Assembly (NCBI RefSeq): GCF_006345805.1
Contig: NC_042997.1
Span: 61,938,001 to 62,002,000 of the forward strand
DNA: 64,000 nt
Direction of reading: 5' to 3'
Source: Octopus sinensis
Lineage: Eukaryota
The notes under the pieces are model-generated. The model was not told the origin of the DNA, did no database searches, and saw only the letters and a program-made list of their open reading frames with translations. Positions 29,229 through 42,550 of this stretch are shown in pieces (the stretch's first letter is position 1; every line of letters begins with the position of its first letter). Both the position numbers and the translations under genes were made by a program.

Positions 29229-29385
29229 TATATATATACATACATTGCATACATACTGTGTGTGCATATATGTAAATATATATACATGCTGCATGTTTGT
29301 ATGTGTATGTATATATACATGTGTGAATATATGCAGTCGTGTGTGTGTGTATGTATATATATATGATATATATGTACACATACAC
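28790..29385. repeat. (TA)n/(CA)n/(TG)n microsatellite cluster
   Basis: Direct reading. Confidence 0.9.
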
Positions 29386-29666
29386 AAAACGGCATGTGAC
29401 TTCAAAAATTATTATATGCATTAAAGTGTTATAAAACATAAATATTTTTCATGTAAAATTCTAGATTTATCTCAGTTAACTAGTTTAATTAGGTACTATT
29501 ATTTACAAATTTTTAATTGCTCTTTTTAGATTTTTCTCTTTTCTACATCTTTGTATTTTTTTTGGTCTTTTTTCTATAATTTTGTTATTGTCATTGCAAT
29601 ATTTCTTTTATTCTTGTTTAATTCTTCTTGTAATTGGTGTATTTACTAACCTGTAATAACCACCTA

Positions 29667-29669
<3 letters not shown>

Positions 29670-29723
<54 letters not shown>

Positions 29724-29735
29724 CACTTCTACTAC
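29670..29735. repeat. (CTA)n microsatellite
   Basis: Direct reading. Confidence 0.9.
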
Positions 29736-30066
29736 TAATGCTGATACATGTTTCATTTTGGTTAATGTTATTGAGTGCAAGTTTTCTCTGATATATATTG
29801 TTATTTGTATTCTTTAAGTCTTGTAGAATTGCTTCAATCTGTAGAAATCTAAGCCAAATTTATATTGCCTTTATTAAGTGCTGATGATGTTTTACAGTAC
29901 TGAGTGTAAATACTAAGAGGGTTGATATTATTTTTCATCCTCTCAGTTTCCATAAAGTATTCTGCTCTCATCCATGCATTTAATGATACTACATGTGTTT
30001 AGTAATTGTAGTTGTGCACTAGTAAGAAGCGTTTGCTATTATAACTAGTTCTGATTAATACTTTAG

Positions 30067-30077
30067 GGAGAGTTAAG
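30067..30077 (+). CDS. Candidate 11-nt microexon (GG AGA GTT AAG = xRVK) of the kinase gene
   Basis: ctgattaatactttag|GGAGAGTTAAG|gtaagt. Consensus donor. RVK follows the WEW exon in vertebrate OXSR1/STK39. The phase does not match the 19684 donor directly. Confidence 0.4.
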
Positions 30078-30849
30078 GTAAGTTCTTTGTGATTTAAGTC
30101 TGCAATATGGTTTTGTCGTCCTTGGTTCAATTGATTTCATTTTATATATGTCTCAATGACCTTGAGAAAGAGATAAATATAAAACGGTAAAAAATAATTT
30201 CTCTGATGTTTCATGAGAAAGGCCATTTACACCAATAATAAACATATGCATTGGTTCAGTTTCACTTCTTTATTATTAGTCAATTGCTTTGTTATTTAAT
30301 GAATCAACAAATTGATCGCTTAGTTAATCAGTCAGTTAAGCAATCAGTCATTTGTCTGTCAAAGTCCTTTCTTTGTGGCCTCATCAATGACCTATGTTTT
30401 CTCCTATAGGTCTGGGCAATTGTTTAACCAACTGGTTAAGTTGCAATAGATTTGTTGGTTGTTTAAATGACCAACCAGTTGACTAATAAAAGTAAAGTTA
30501 AATTGAACTAATGTGTGTTTATTATTGGTGTAATAATCTTTCCGAGATGGAACAAAATTTGTTTCATCATGTGAATTCACGTAAAGAATCTTGTTAACCA
30601 AATACATTAACCAAATAATTTTCCTATACTTCAGGAATCTGAAAAGATGAGATGATTTCAGCTGGAATGCCTTTGATCATTGCCCTACTCAATCTGAGCT
30701 ATCTGGGGCTAAATGAAGTAACTGTTAAATGACTGTTAAATGAACCCAGGAGGTGCAAAACAGTCTTCATAATGAGGGGGTGGGTAAAGAAAAATTTAAA
30801 CTCACAAATATGATATTTATAGATTTATCATTTGATCTAGTTTTAAAAA

Positions 30850-31050
30850 TAGTGAACTGGCAAAATTGTTAGTATGCCAGACAAAATGTTTATTGGCATT
30901 TCTTCCAGCTTTAAATTCTGAGCTCAAATTTAGCTGAGGTTAAATTTACCATTCATGCTTTTGGTACTGATGAAATAAGTACCAGTCAAGTACTGGGGTT
31001 GATGCAATAGACTATCCTTTCCCCTGCAATTTCTGACTCTGTACCTATAT
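30850..31050 (+). mobile_element. Old tRNA-derived SINE (family of 19183)
   Basis: gtgaactggcaaaattgttag head; aaataagtaccagtcaagtactggggttgat core. Confidence 0.75.
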
Positions 31051-31725
31051 TAGAATTTTATTAAATCCTAAGATGCTTATGCCCATTTATCTGTTCCTAA
31101 TAATAATGATAATAATAATTATAATAATAATAGACAATGAATATGTCAAAAGTATGTTAGATAATTGTCCTGTTTAATGAATCATGATGTACAACTGATT
31201 GATTGGTTGGCAAGGAAGACGTATATATTGGAGACAAATACTGTGTATATATGATAGTGTGATATTGTAGTTTGACACCCTATGCTGCCTGTTTACATAG
31301 TATGTGTGTATCATTATTTGTATATACTGCAGCTTCTTTGAAAGTTGTTGGATGGTTATTTTTTCTTTTTTCTTTTTTCTTTTTTTTTCTTCAATGGCTT
31401 CACTTATTTTACATTTGTCTCATAAAATCTTCCATTCATACATATTTTTGAGTTGTTTTATAGCCAGTATGAATACACTTCATTATAAAATCTATGATAA
31501 TTCCTAGGGGTTACTTTTTTTCAAGTCTTTCTTGAGTTACAGTGCGAAACATTTGAAAGCTCACATCATTTGCTGTATTTTTTTTTTAAACCTGTTTTGC
31601 TTTGTCTTTTGATATGCTTGTATTTTAGCTTTTAATTTTATGCTGAAAAATATAAATATTATTTTATATACATATATGTATATGCACTCACTAACACACA
31701 CACACGCAGACATATATATATATTA

Positions 31726-31757
<32 letters not shown>

Positions 31758-32325
31758 TGTCTGGATTAGGATTCATGATTCTGCACAATTACTTTGATAA
31801 AAATTGTCATCTTTGATTATTTTCCTTTTGAGCATTGTAGCATTTTCTTAAAAATGAATATAGTTTTTGTTGTAAGAATTATAACTCAAGAGAGGACAGT
31901 TTTTATGAATTTTCAGGAGAATAATCTCCCTTGCTTCGATTATTTACCTGTTTAATCGGACACATTTAATGATTTCTACTGATTTACCTTACTAGCCATA
32001 GATATGGAAAATGTTTTATAAGTCATATACTTAAGTCATATAATTAATTGTACTACTATGAAGCAAATATCACCCACCTGACTTACTAGAGCAGGACACT
32101 GTTCCACAGACTGGTTTCTGCAATACACAGGTTATCATATATGAGGGAGAGTTCAAGCCTCTAGCCTCAAGCCATAAATTGTACCTTAAGTGCTACATTG
32201 GTATGACAGAAGCTGATTTATGAAAAGTTTTTAAACTCACATCTCTTCTTAGAATAATATGTTGTGCAACAATGCATGTCAACCTTGTCTGGGTGTTCAA
32301 AGGAGCAGTAGCATATATCAGCAGG

Positions 32326-32545
32326 AAAGGCGGCGAGCTGGTAGAAACGTTAGCACGCCGGACAAAATTCGTAGCCGTATTTCGTCTGTCGTTACGTTCT
32401 GAGTTCAAATTTGCCTTTCATCCTTTCGGGGTCGATAAATTAAGTACCAGTTACGCACTGGGGTCGATATAGTCGACTTAATCCCTTTGTCTGTCCTTGT
32501 TTGTCCCCTCTGTGTTTAGCCCCTTGTGGGTAGTAAAGAAATATA
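32326..32545 (+). mobile_element. Young-looking tRNA-derived SINE with a small internal deletion
   Basis: ggcgagctggtagaaacgttagcacgccgg...gagttcaaatttgcctttcatcctttcggggtcgataaattaagtaccag. CpGs are retained. Confidence 0.88.
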
Positions 32546-33062
32546 TATCAGCAGGAAAATTTCTGAAATGTGTAGACTCTATGTACCATTGAGAAGGTGA
32601 TACTCAAGAATGCATATATCCCTGGGATTATATCTGAATACCAAGTCAGAGACATTCAGCTGCTGAATGTGTGCTTGGACTTTTTAAATGGACCCTAAGA
32701 AGGAAATCCACTTAGTCAATGTTAAATGTGTTCCTCTTCTTTCATTCCTTCTTTTATATTTTCTTTCTTCCCTTTTGTGCTTTTTCTTACCTTTTTCATT
32801 CTTTTTATTTCTTTCTTTCCCTCCTTCCTTTTTCATTCTTAATTAGCCACTTGTTTAGTCATTTTTTCCATTCTATATGTTCTTTGTTTTTCTTAATTGT
32901 TCTTTTTCCTTCAATTCATCACATCAACTTATCTATTACAATACACTCATAAATATGTGTGCATGTGCACATAGAAGTAACTAGGAGCAAGTGTGGAAAC
33001 TCCTTTTAGAAAAGTTTTCTTCCTTTAGCTACACATCTGAGAACAAAACTATATTTCTTTAA

Positions 33063-33282
33063 CCCTTTCATTACTGTATTTACTTTGAGATGCTCTGTGT
33101 TTCTTTCAATTACTTGAAATATAACAAAAAAATTAGTAAAATAATTTAGTTATCATTAAGCTAGTATTAAGAACATAAATTGTGACTAAAGTTTGGTGGA
33201 AGATTTTAATTCAAAACCTATGGAAACAAAACATTTGTACTCAGAGCCAGAGCCGGTTTCAGCCGGGTTGGTAACAAAAGGT
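33063..33282. mobile_element. piggyBac-related MITE, 220 bp
   Basis: TTAA at 33059-33062 and 33283-33286. Ends CCCTTTCATTAC / rc ACCTTTTGTTACC resemble the CCCTTTCGTTACC end of the element at 4126. Confidence 0.78.
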
Positions 33283-33464
33283 TTAAGACTTGTCTACATA
33301 CTCACAATGGAGTATGCGCACATAGCTTTCTGTGTGTGCTTCGATGTATACCAAAATAGAATCAGCTTACTTTCTCTCAAAAGTTATAAAATTCTTATGA
33401 TGTCAACAACAATTCTGAATGGTAGAAATAAAGCTACTAAAATTGATATAGAATTTGAAGGATT

Positions 33465-33535
33465 GCTTTGCTACAATGGTAGAGCATCCGTCATGTTTTC
33501 AGGGGATGTGAGTTCAAGTCCCATGGAAAACCTTT
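33465..33535 (+). mobile_element. tRNA-like Pol III head (SINE relic or tRNA pseudogene)
   Basis: tggtagagca A-box-like and gttcaagtcc B-box-like motifs. No convincing cloverleaf. Confidence 0.4.
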
Positions 33536-33653
33536 GACTTTTTCTATTCAAAAGGATTTTTCAGCCAATATCTATGTGCTATTAATTATAACATTATGTG
33601 TGTGCTTTCAGATATTCCCAAAAAGAATTCATGTACTCTCAAAAGTCTATAAA

Positions 33654-33705
<52 letters not shown>

Positions 33706-33724
33706 CACACACACACACCATATA

Positions 33725-34599
33725 TGAGGTCTGATCAGTAAGTATCCAGAATGTTGCCATGGTGATGGAGCTAAAGCATGCAGTCTGAAGCCGTTTTGCA
33801 CAGATTGACCTTGAACTCTGCTGTGCATGTGCACTAAGCTTCAACATTCTAGCTCACTCCCACTATTTACAGCAGTGCTTGGAAGGAAGAGGTGTAGCCT
33901 GTGATCGTCACATTGACCTTGACAGACAAAGTTGTCATGCCGATACCTGCTCAGGGGCCTACACACACTTGCAGAAAGTGTATAGGGAGGAATGTATGAG
34001 CTGCACACAAGTGTACAAATGGTACAGACGTTTTCAAGATGGCCCAAGAAAATGTTGATATTGATAAACGTTCTGGGAGACCCACAACCAACAGAACTGA
34101 GAAAAAACATTGCAGATATGCATGCAGTTGTGAGGGGAAATTGTCAAATCATCATTTGTGAGTTATCAGAGGATGTACAGATTAGTTAAGGTTCAGTTCA
34201 TATCACTGAAGATTTGGGTATGAGACGTGTGTCTACAAGTTTGTGTACCAACAACTGCTCTCAGCTGACCAAAAAGACACTTGGGTTTCAGTTGCACAAG
34301 ATGTCCTTGATTGTGTTGAGAATAATAAAAACTTTGCATTGGCCTCTGAGGAGGTATTGCCAAGCCTTTGGCAAAATTTGATGCGGATTCTCTGCTCAGT
34401 TTTCTCTGTCATTGTCAGTGTGGTGATCACAGGCTACACACCTTCCTTCCAACCACTACTGTAAACAGTGGAAATGAACAAGAACATTAAAACTTAATGC
34501 ACATGCACAGCAGAGTTCAAGGTCCATCTGTGCCTAGCAGCTTTACTCTCTCTCTGTGCTTTAGCTTTGTTACTATGGCAACATCTGGAATACTTATTG

Positions 34600-34603
<4 letters not shown>
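33725..34603 (+). mobile_element. Non-autonomous fold-back mariner made of two left ends
   Basis: TA then tgaggtctgatcagtaagtatcc TIR. Transposase 5' part on + up to about 34326, then an inverted TIR, 5' leader and first codons (MTEKTEQRIRIKFCQRLGN on the minus strand). Confidence 0.85.
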
Positions 34604-34658
<55 letters not shown>

Positions 34659-35258
34659 TATATATTATATATAGTACCAAGCAATGAATAGAATAAACAA
34701 ACTCTGGTTAGTTAAAATATGTCTGTGAAATATTTTAACTTCTAAAGGCAAATTCACTGCAGTTACCATGGAGAAAAAAATTCTCTCCTATGGTAAAAAG
34801 TGTAAAAACAGCATATTTTCCCAGTGCTTACTTCTAGTGGATTCCCAGAAATGTGCATTTCTGACTTTCTTTAGCCTCCTCAATGGGAAACACTGAAAAA
34901 GCTATCCATGCAGCGTTCAAAACTAGCTCTGTTGCCACAGTGGACTGCTTTGTTGGGTAAAAATAACAGCATTGGCACCAAACAGTAATTGAATGAATGA
35001 ATGAAATTTCGGTTAGTTAAAATATGTTGGTGACATATTATAACTTCTAAAGGCAAATTCATTGGCAGTTACCATGATGGATAGTAAGAGTAGTGGAGGT
35101 GGGCAATTCATTAGTGGGAGTTATAAATGCTAAGTGGCTTGTGGGAGGCATAGTGAATGAATGCGTTGCTTAATTACAAATATTTCAACATAGAAGATAG
35201 AATGAATGATGGGAGATGAGTAATGAAAGGATGGGTGATAAGGAAATGAGAGTATGAC

Positions 35259-35358
35259 NNNNNNNNNNNNNNNNNNNNNNNNNNNNNNNNNNNNNNNNNN
35301 NNNNNNNNNNNNNNNNNNNNNNNNNNNNNNNNNNNNNNNNNNNNNNNNNNNNNNNNNN
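35259..35358. other. 100-N assembly gap flanked by a duplicated segment (34275-35258 and 35359-36330)
   Basis: The sequence after the gap restarts at the equivalent of 34275, and its copy ends at 36330 with the bases preceding the gap. Differences are mostly 1-nt indels. Confidence 0.9.
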
Positions 35359-35688
35359 AGACACTTGGGTTTCAGTTGCACAAGATGTCCTTGATTGTGT
35401 TGAGAATAAAAAAACTTTGCATTGGCCTCTGAGGAGGATTGCCAAGCCTTTGGCAAATTTGATGCGGATTCTCTGCTCAGTTTTCTCTGTCATTGTCAGT
35501 GTGGTGATCACAGGCTCACACCTTCCTTCCACCACTACTGTAAACAGTGGAAATGAACAGAACATAAAACTTAATGCACATATGCACAGCAGAGTTCAAG
35601 GTCCATCTGTGCCTAGCAGCTTTACTCTCTCTCTGTGCTTAGCTTTGTACTATGGCAACAGTCTGGATACTTATTGATCATATATTGG

Positions 35689-35753
<65 letters not shown>

Positions 35754-36439
35754 CAAGCAATGAATAGGAATAACAAACTCTAGGTTAGTTAAAATATGTC
35801 TGTGAAATATTTAAATTCTAAGGCAATTCACTGCAGTACCATGGAGAAAAAATTCTCTCCTATGGTAAAAAGTGTAAAAACAGCATATTTTCCCAGTGCT
35901 TACTTCTAGTGGATTCCCAGAAATGTGCATTTCTGACTCTTTAGCCTTCCTCAATGGGAAACACTGAAAAAAGCTATCCTATGCAGATTCAAAACTAGCT
36001 CTGTTGCACCAGTGGACTGCTTGGTTGGGATAAAAATAACAGCATTGGCACCAAACAGTAATTAGGAATGAATGAAATTTCGGTTAGTTAAAATATGTTT
36101 GTGACATATTATAACTTCTAAAGGCAAATTCATTGCAGTTACCATGATGGATAGTAAGAGTAGTGGAGGTGGGCAATTCATTAGTGGGAGTTATAAATGC
36201 TAAGTGGCTTGTGGGAGGCATAGTGATGAATGCGTTGCTTAATTACAAAATATTTCAACATATAGAAGAGAGAATGAATGATGGGAGATGAGTAATGAAA
36301 GGATGGGTGATAAGGAAATGAGAGTATGACATATGAGGGAGCTGTTATAGACAGCACTAGAACATATTGAGCGGGAACCTCAAAAGTGCATGCTTGTGCA
36401 TGCACACACATATGCACAGCTTCCAGTTTCAATCACTAC

Positions 36440-37225
36440 AACTATTTTTAATGTCTGTTTTGCCATGCTTGCACAGGTGGGAAGGCTTCTCTAGTATTAC
36501 ATGCTGCCAAATATCTTGGTATTACGTCCTCTCCTCTGTGAGATCAGTTTTCACCACTTCCTCTGTTGTCTTCCTGGTTCTCCCTCTTTTGCAGGTTCCA
36601 TCACCAGTACTCTCTACACAGTTGTTATCTCCATATGCATCACTCCCCCATACAAAGCACAGTCTTTTCTCTTATTACATCAGATTCTTCTTAAATCTAG
36701 TTTTCTTTTCAGCTCATTTATACTCCATTGTTCATGCACATGGACATAACACATCTAGTGGAGTATGTTTGCTTCATTTCTTGCTGATCTTCACAAATCC
36801 TCTGCATTCACAGTCTACTTCTCTTTATTGTGCAGCATCACAATTTATACATAAGTTACATGCAATTATTCTTTCATCCTGAAAGATAAATCCTTCATCG
36901 GCCTTCACTGCTTATTAGAATACCTTGGTAACAAAGGAACATTTGAGAAAATCTATTTACATTGTGCACTTTGTGTTTATTACCCCTGTGCACCTGCCAT
37001 ATTTAAAACCTGCTCTCTGTCTTCGTCTACCTATGATTTCACAGCACTCTTTGAAAGTTCATAGTTTACACTGGTACATTGTTTTGCATTGATATTGAAA
37101 GAATCCCTTTCTCTGAGGGAAGTAGAGTTTATTTTACTTTTTTTTTTTAGTAATACTTTCATCTTTGCTATATTTACTTTGAGGCCTTTTACTTCAAGGT
37201 TTTCTCCAACACATAGCACCCATGC
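36440..37225 (-). mobile_element. Old degenerate RTE RT/thumb fragment
   Basis: LEVKGLKVNIAKMKVL matches LESKGLRINLAKTKVL of the 60733-63598 element. 36540-36800 resembles 60830-61100. Confidence 0.6.
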
Positions 37226-37556
37226 CAGCATGGAAGGCAGATATTAAATGATGATTGTGTGATGGTACTTCTCCCATTCTACAACAGATCCATCTATAAG
37301 TATGTGGTCATCAGCATACCTGAGTTGCTATGACAGTCAATCTTATGTTCAATAGAAGGGAACCAACTTGAGCTGAGTTGACCCTATGTGCTAAATTTAT
37401 CGTTGTACTCATTGGTGACTCTCCTTTTCCCTCTCTCTCATGTGCACTCATATCTAAGAATGTGTGTGTGTGTGTAGCCATTGCTTGATTATCTCCCATT
37501 ACTGAATCCTTGTGTTTTACTATTTTATTCCTCATCATTGAAAGTTTTGCTTTGTT

Positions 37557-37598
<42 letters not shown>

Positions 37599-37904
37599 CT
37601 GTCTTTATTTTTCTCTAACACATTAAGCACTTCTTTCATCTCTGTTTCCTTTTCTCTTTCCATCGCAGTTCTCTGATTCCTATTGTTCTAATTTCTGAAA
37701 ACTTCTCTTACTGTTTCTGCCTCTCTCTCTCTCTCATATTATTACGACCTCTTATTTTATTTCAACTTCTTTCCCCTCTCTTTCATTGTTTGTCATTCCA
37801 TTTTTAATTCCTTTTAGTTTAATGGAAGTTGAGTTTTGTGGGTGTGACTTCAAATTACATGGCCAAAAGTTGTTTACATTTTTATTAGCAATTTATAAAA
37901 TAAT

Positions 37905-38140
37905 ACACCATCCGAGTGTGGCCGTTCGCCAGCCTCGTCTGGCACCTGTGTCGGTGGCACATAAAATCACCCACTACACTCTCGGAGTGGTTGGCGTTAG
38001 GAAGGGCATCCAGCTGTAGAAACACTGCCAGATCTGACTGGCCTGGTGCAGCCTTCGGGCTCCCCAGACTCCAGTTGAACCGTCCAACCCATGCTAGCAT
38101 GGAAAGCGGACGTTAAATGAGGATGATGATGATGATGATG
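37905..38140 (+). mobile_element. RTE 3'-terminal fragment with (GAT)n tail
   Basis: Highly similar to the reverse complement of 58932-59170. Confidence 0.88.
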
Positions 38141-38399
38141 AATTGTAAGTTAAAAAGAAATTTAAAAAATATATGATTTTAAATACGAAAGTGCTAGATA
38201 AAAAAGATGCAAATGATTTTGCACTCTCTAATATGTATGCCAAAAGGTATGTGAGTGTAAACTTAAAGGAAAGAATAAAAAGAAAAATGAAACTGAATGA
38301 ATAGGAAATAGAAAAAAAGACAATCTTTGCAAACAACAGCTATGTCAGAAGTTTCAAGTATGTCTGAGAGTTGAAGCCTGCCTTGGAGTTACAATCTCT

Positions 38400-39750
38400 C
38401 ATTAATGAACTCTCACTGTCATTGCATAATTTGAAATAGTTCCTTTAACCATTTAATCAAAGCCAAACATTCTCCCACCAGTTTGTAGTTGACATATTCA
38501 ATAATACGCAGTCTGAAAGATTATGCACAGCATTAAAACTCATTAGAAAAAGCCTAGAGCTGACTTTCATATGTGTTTATGATATGTAGTCAATAATAAT
38601 GAAGAGAGAGAGGAGAGTTTGGTCTCTTGTATTCTTCTATCAAGTTTTACTGGTAGCTCTTGATACTCAAAAATGAACACCTAATGCCATGACATATCTT
38701 TGCCATTTTGGCCATCCAAAACACTTCATTACCTGTACCTGTTACTCCAAATAAAAAGAGATTTTTCTGAGCCAAACGTACATTCACTGGCAGGATCTCT
38801 CAGCCAGTGTTTTCTACTTAAAAAGGAGAAAGATGATGGATTTGATTACTAAATGCCAAATATTGGGACCATTCAGATGTTAAAGGTATAGTTTAGAATG
38901 GCAAATGAAAAATACTTACCATGTCCACAAATTGATTCCCTCATGTTAACAAAATTTCAAAATTCTGGTAGGGAAGAAGTGCTTTTCAATATTGTTAAAA
39001 GCTTTAAAACAACTGATGGTTCACAATCAAAACAAATTGGCAGGAATTTCCTTTGCATGGAAGGCAATGAATGCATTGACCGCTTATTAGTGATCTCAAA
39101 TGGTTAAAGATGGTTGTCCATCTCACAGAAGAAGAGCACCAGAAGATAGATGTTCTAAAATGTAAATGCAAAGTCTTTCTTGGTGGAGAGTGTACAACCT
39201 AACATAGGTTAGCAGTTAGTGATTTCAGATTTAAACTAAAAAACCTCAAGGACCATCATGCATGGTAAACGATGAAAAGATTAGTGAGCTATTCCTGTTG
39301 TTGATAATAGATTTCTTCTCAGATTATATGATGATTGTGTGTATGAACTGTAGTGCCATATGGTAGTGAGACATGGGTGCTAAATGTAGAGGAAATGCTT
39401 AGACTAGAAAGAAATGAAGTTATCATGTTCTGTTGGATGTGAAGCATCAGTGTGTATGAATAATGGAGTAGAGTGTGTTGAGAGAAATGTGGAGCATAAC
39501 AAGAATAAATTGTAGTATGCCAGGGAGCAGACTGTGCTGATATGGATATGTGAAGTGAATGGATGTGGACAGCTGTATAAAGATATGCCAGTCACTTAAT
39601 ATAGGCAAGGCTTTGGAAGTTGGAGATGCAGGAAGGCACGGGATATAATAGTGTAGGCTGATTTCAGGACTTGAATTCATGGAGATGACGACAAAGGATT
39701 GGAATGATTGGTAAATTGTGGTGCTTGAGGAAACCTGCATTGTCAGCTAA
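38400..39750 (+). mobile_element. Highly decayed, internally deleted RTE-like LINE
   Basis: 39590-39750 resembles the GRGRP.KTW..VV..DL...GL...MT.DR..W C-terminus. The upstream portion has weak endonuclease/RT-like similarity. Confidence 0.45.
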
Positions 39751-40579
39751 ACTGGGCCTCTCAACCAATTTACTTCCCTACCACCCCTTCATCACATTAT
39801 CAGTTATCCCTCTATCACATGCATAACTGAAATATTCTGCTGCTGTTATTAAATGAGAGCAGAATTGTATATTTCATCATCCTTTTCTGTAATACCAGTT
39901 ATCTTTCTTATTACCCTGAACTACTTTACTTGATATCCATCCTTCATTGCTAGCATTTTCCATCTCCACATACATTTTTCTTTGATCAGGCTTCTGTGCT
40001 ATTAAATTATCTCTCTCTCTTGCCTCAATTTCTTTCTCTTAACTTGTCCCACTCACTGTACATCTTTCACTTTCCCTATACATTACATATATCCTTCACC
40101 TTGCACTATTCAACCTACTCATCCACTTCATCACTTTCAGTACAGCCAGTCATCACCTACTCACTCCTACCTTCCCTCCAAATCCTATATCATTGACCAC
40201 CCATCCACCTTTCTTCACCATTCACTGCATCCTCCCCTTAACTCATTCGGGAATTAAAGAACTGACTAGAAAGTGAGGTTCCTATTTTGAACATGTATTT
40301 TCAGAGCACTTCATAATATGGGTGGGTTGTTAATGTGTTTGTGAAATTTAATTATTACCTTTTCAGTCATGTACTTCATATAGTTCAATGCTTTAATGTA
40401 CCTTTGATTAACCTCTGTTTTATGGAATCTCTATTCTCCTTCTGAATCTACTTGCCCATTCTTGGCAAGAAGAGCTGCTACATTGTCCAAAATTGCACTT
40501 TATAGATTTCTAACATGTTTGTGTTGTAAGGATGCTTCACTTGAGGCCGAGATTGAATTGAGGATGTACTGAAGGGTAG

Positions 40580-40623
40580 TATTGACATCTCTTGAATTGT
40601 ATGTATGTATGTATGTATGTATG

Positions 40624-40668
<45 letters not shown>

Positions 40669-40857
40669 ATTTATATATTTGTATATGTGTTGTGTGTGTG
40701 TATTTATATATTTGTATATGTGTTGTGTGTGTGTATTTATATATTTGTATATGTGTTGTGTGTGTGTGTATGTATATTTGTATGTGTATATATATTTATA
40801 TATGTATATGTGTGTATGTTTATATAATATGTATATATATATGTATATTTGTATGTA

Positions 40858-40897
<40 letters not shown>

Positions 40898-41310
40898 TGT
40901 ATATGTGTGTATATATATATTTATATGTGTATATATGTATACACATACAAATATACATATGTATATATATATATAAGTATATATATATATATATATATAC
41001 CATCATCGTTTAATGTCTGCTTTCCATGCTAGCATGGGTAGGATGATTTGACTGAGGACTGGTGAACCAGGTGGCTGCACCAGGCTCTAATCTTGGTCTG
41101 GCAGAGTTTCTACAGCAGGATGCTCTTCCTAACGCCAACCACTCTGAGAGTGTAATGGGTGCTTTTATGTGCCACCGGCACATGGGCCAGTCAGGAAGTA
41201 CTGGCAACTTCACCCCCCCAAATTTTTTTTTATATATATGTATGTGTGTATATATATATATATATATAGTGTATGTATGTGTGTATATTATATATAGGTA
41301 TGTAGTATTA

Positions 41311-41355
<45 letters not shown>

Positions 41356-41786
41356 CATATATATATATATATATGTATGTGTATTATATGTGTGTGTGTA
41401 TATATATGTGGTGTGTATATATATATGTGTGTGTGTATATATATGTGTGTGTGTATATATATGTGTGTGGTGTATATATATATGTGTGTGTATATATATA
41501 TATAGTGTATGTAGATATATATATGCATATATATGTGTGTATGTATGTATATGTATATATTTGTCTATATATGCATATATGTATGCATATAATATATATA
41601 TATATTCATATATTTCTATATATATATGTATGCACATATTTGTATATATATATATATATACACATATATGCATATCTGAGCGCCTATTAATAATAATACT
41701 GTAATTGTTCCAATGTTGTTGTTTGTTTTCCCGTTTGGATTAAAATTATATATATATATAATATATTATATATATATATAGAACAC

Positions 41787-41821
<35 letters not shown>

Positions 41822-41863
41822 AGATATATATATATATACACATATATATGCATATATATATAT

Positions 41864-41906
<43 letters not shown>

Positions 41907-41908
41907 TA

Positions 41909-41962
<54 letters not shown>

Positions 41963-41964
41963 TA

Positions 41965-42009
<45 letters not shown>

Positions 42010-42446
42010 TATATATGCACATATATATTATATATATATACACACACACACACACATAAAATTTGAGATTTGCAGAGGGTCAAAGTTGGTAACAAAAACA
42101 GGACAGTTAAAACAAAAGTTAAGGGCTGCTAAGCCATAACGAGGTGAAGTGGTGAAGGCTGGAGAACAAGCTTTGACAGGAGACAGATGAAAATGTGTGG
42201 TATCTTCTGTAGTTGAACGTGTGTGCAATGAGAGTGAAGAGTCAAGAAGTGGAGAAAAATTGGGAAAGGGTGGGAGAGAAAAAAAGAATATAGAAAGCAG
42301 AAGAGAGAGAGAGAGAGAGAAATAGAGATTGTGATAGAATAGTGTCACATCAGAATTATGAAGATAAAACTTTCTTGGAAATGGATGCGTGGCATTTGAT
42401 CCTATAATAATATAAGTAATATATATATATATGCATATATACATAC

Positions 42447-42478
<32 letters not shown>

Positions 42479-42550
42479 GCATACACATATATGTGTATGT
42501 ATATATATATATATATTATATATATATATACATATATATATGTGTGTGTA
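40580..42550. repeat. (TATG)n/(TA)n/(TG)n clusters, including a roughly 32-bp minisatellite (40660-40770), interrupted by short insertions
   Basis: Direct reading. Confidence 0.85.
41001..41185 (-). mobile_element. RTE 3'-terminal fragment
   Basis: catcatcgtttaatgtctgctttccatgctagcatggg...cttcctaacgccaaccactc. Confidence 0.82.

Noticed and set aside
30635-30720. Acceptor ttcag|GAATCTGAAAAGA resembling the start of the CCT exon (R-NLKR)
   Set aside because: All three frames hit a stop within 7 codons, and ELNDIRFEF does not follow.
34275-36330. Apparent 1-kb tandem duplication, including a third partial fold-back mariner
   Set aside because: The duplicate boundaries coincide exactly with the 100-N gap edges and differ mostly by 1-nt indels, so it is most likely an unmerged contig overlap.
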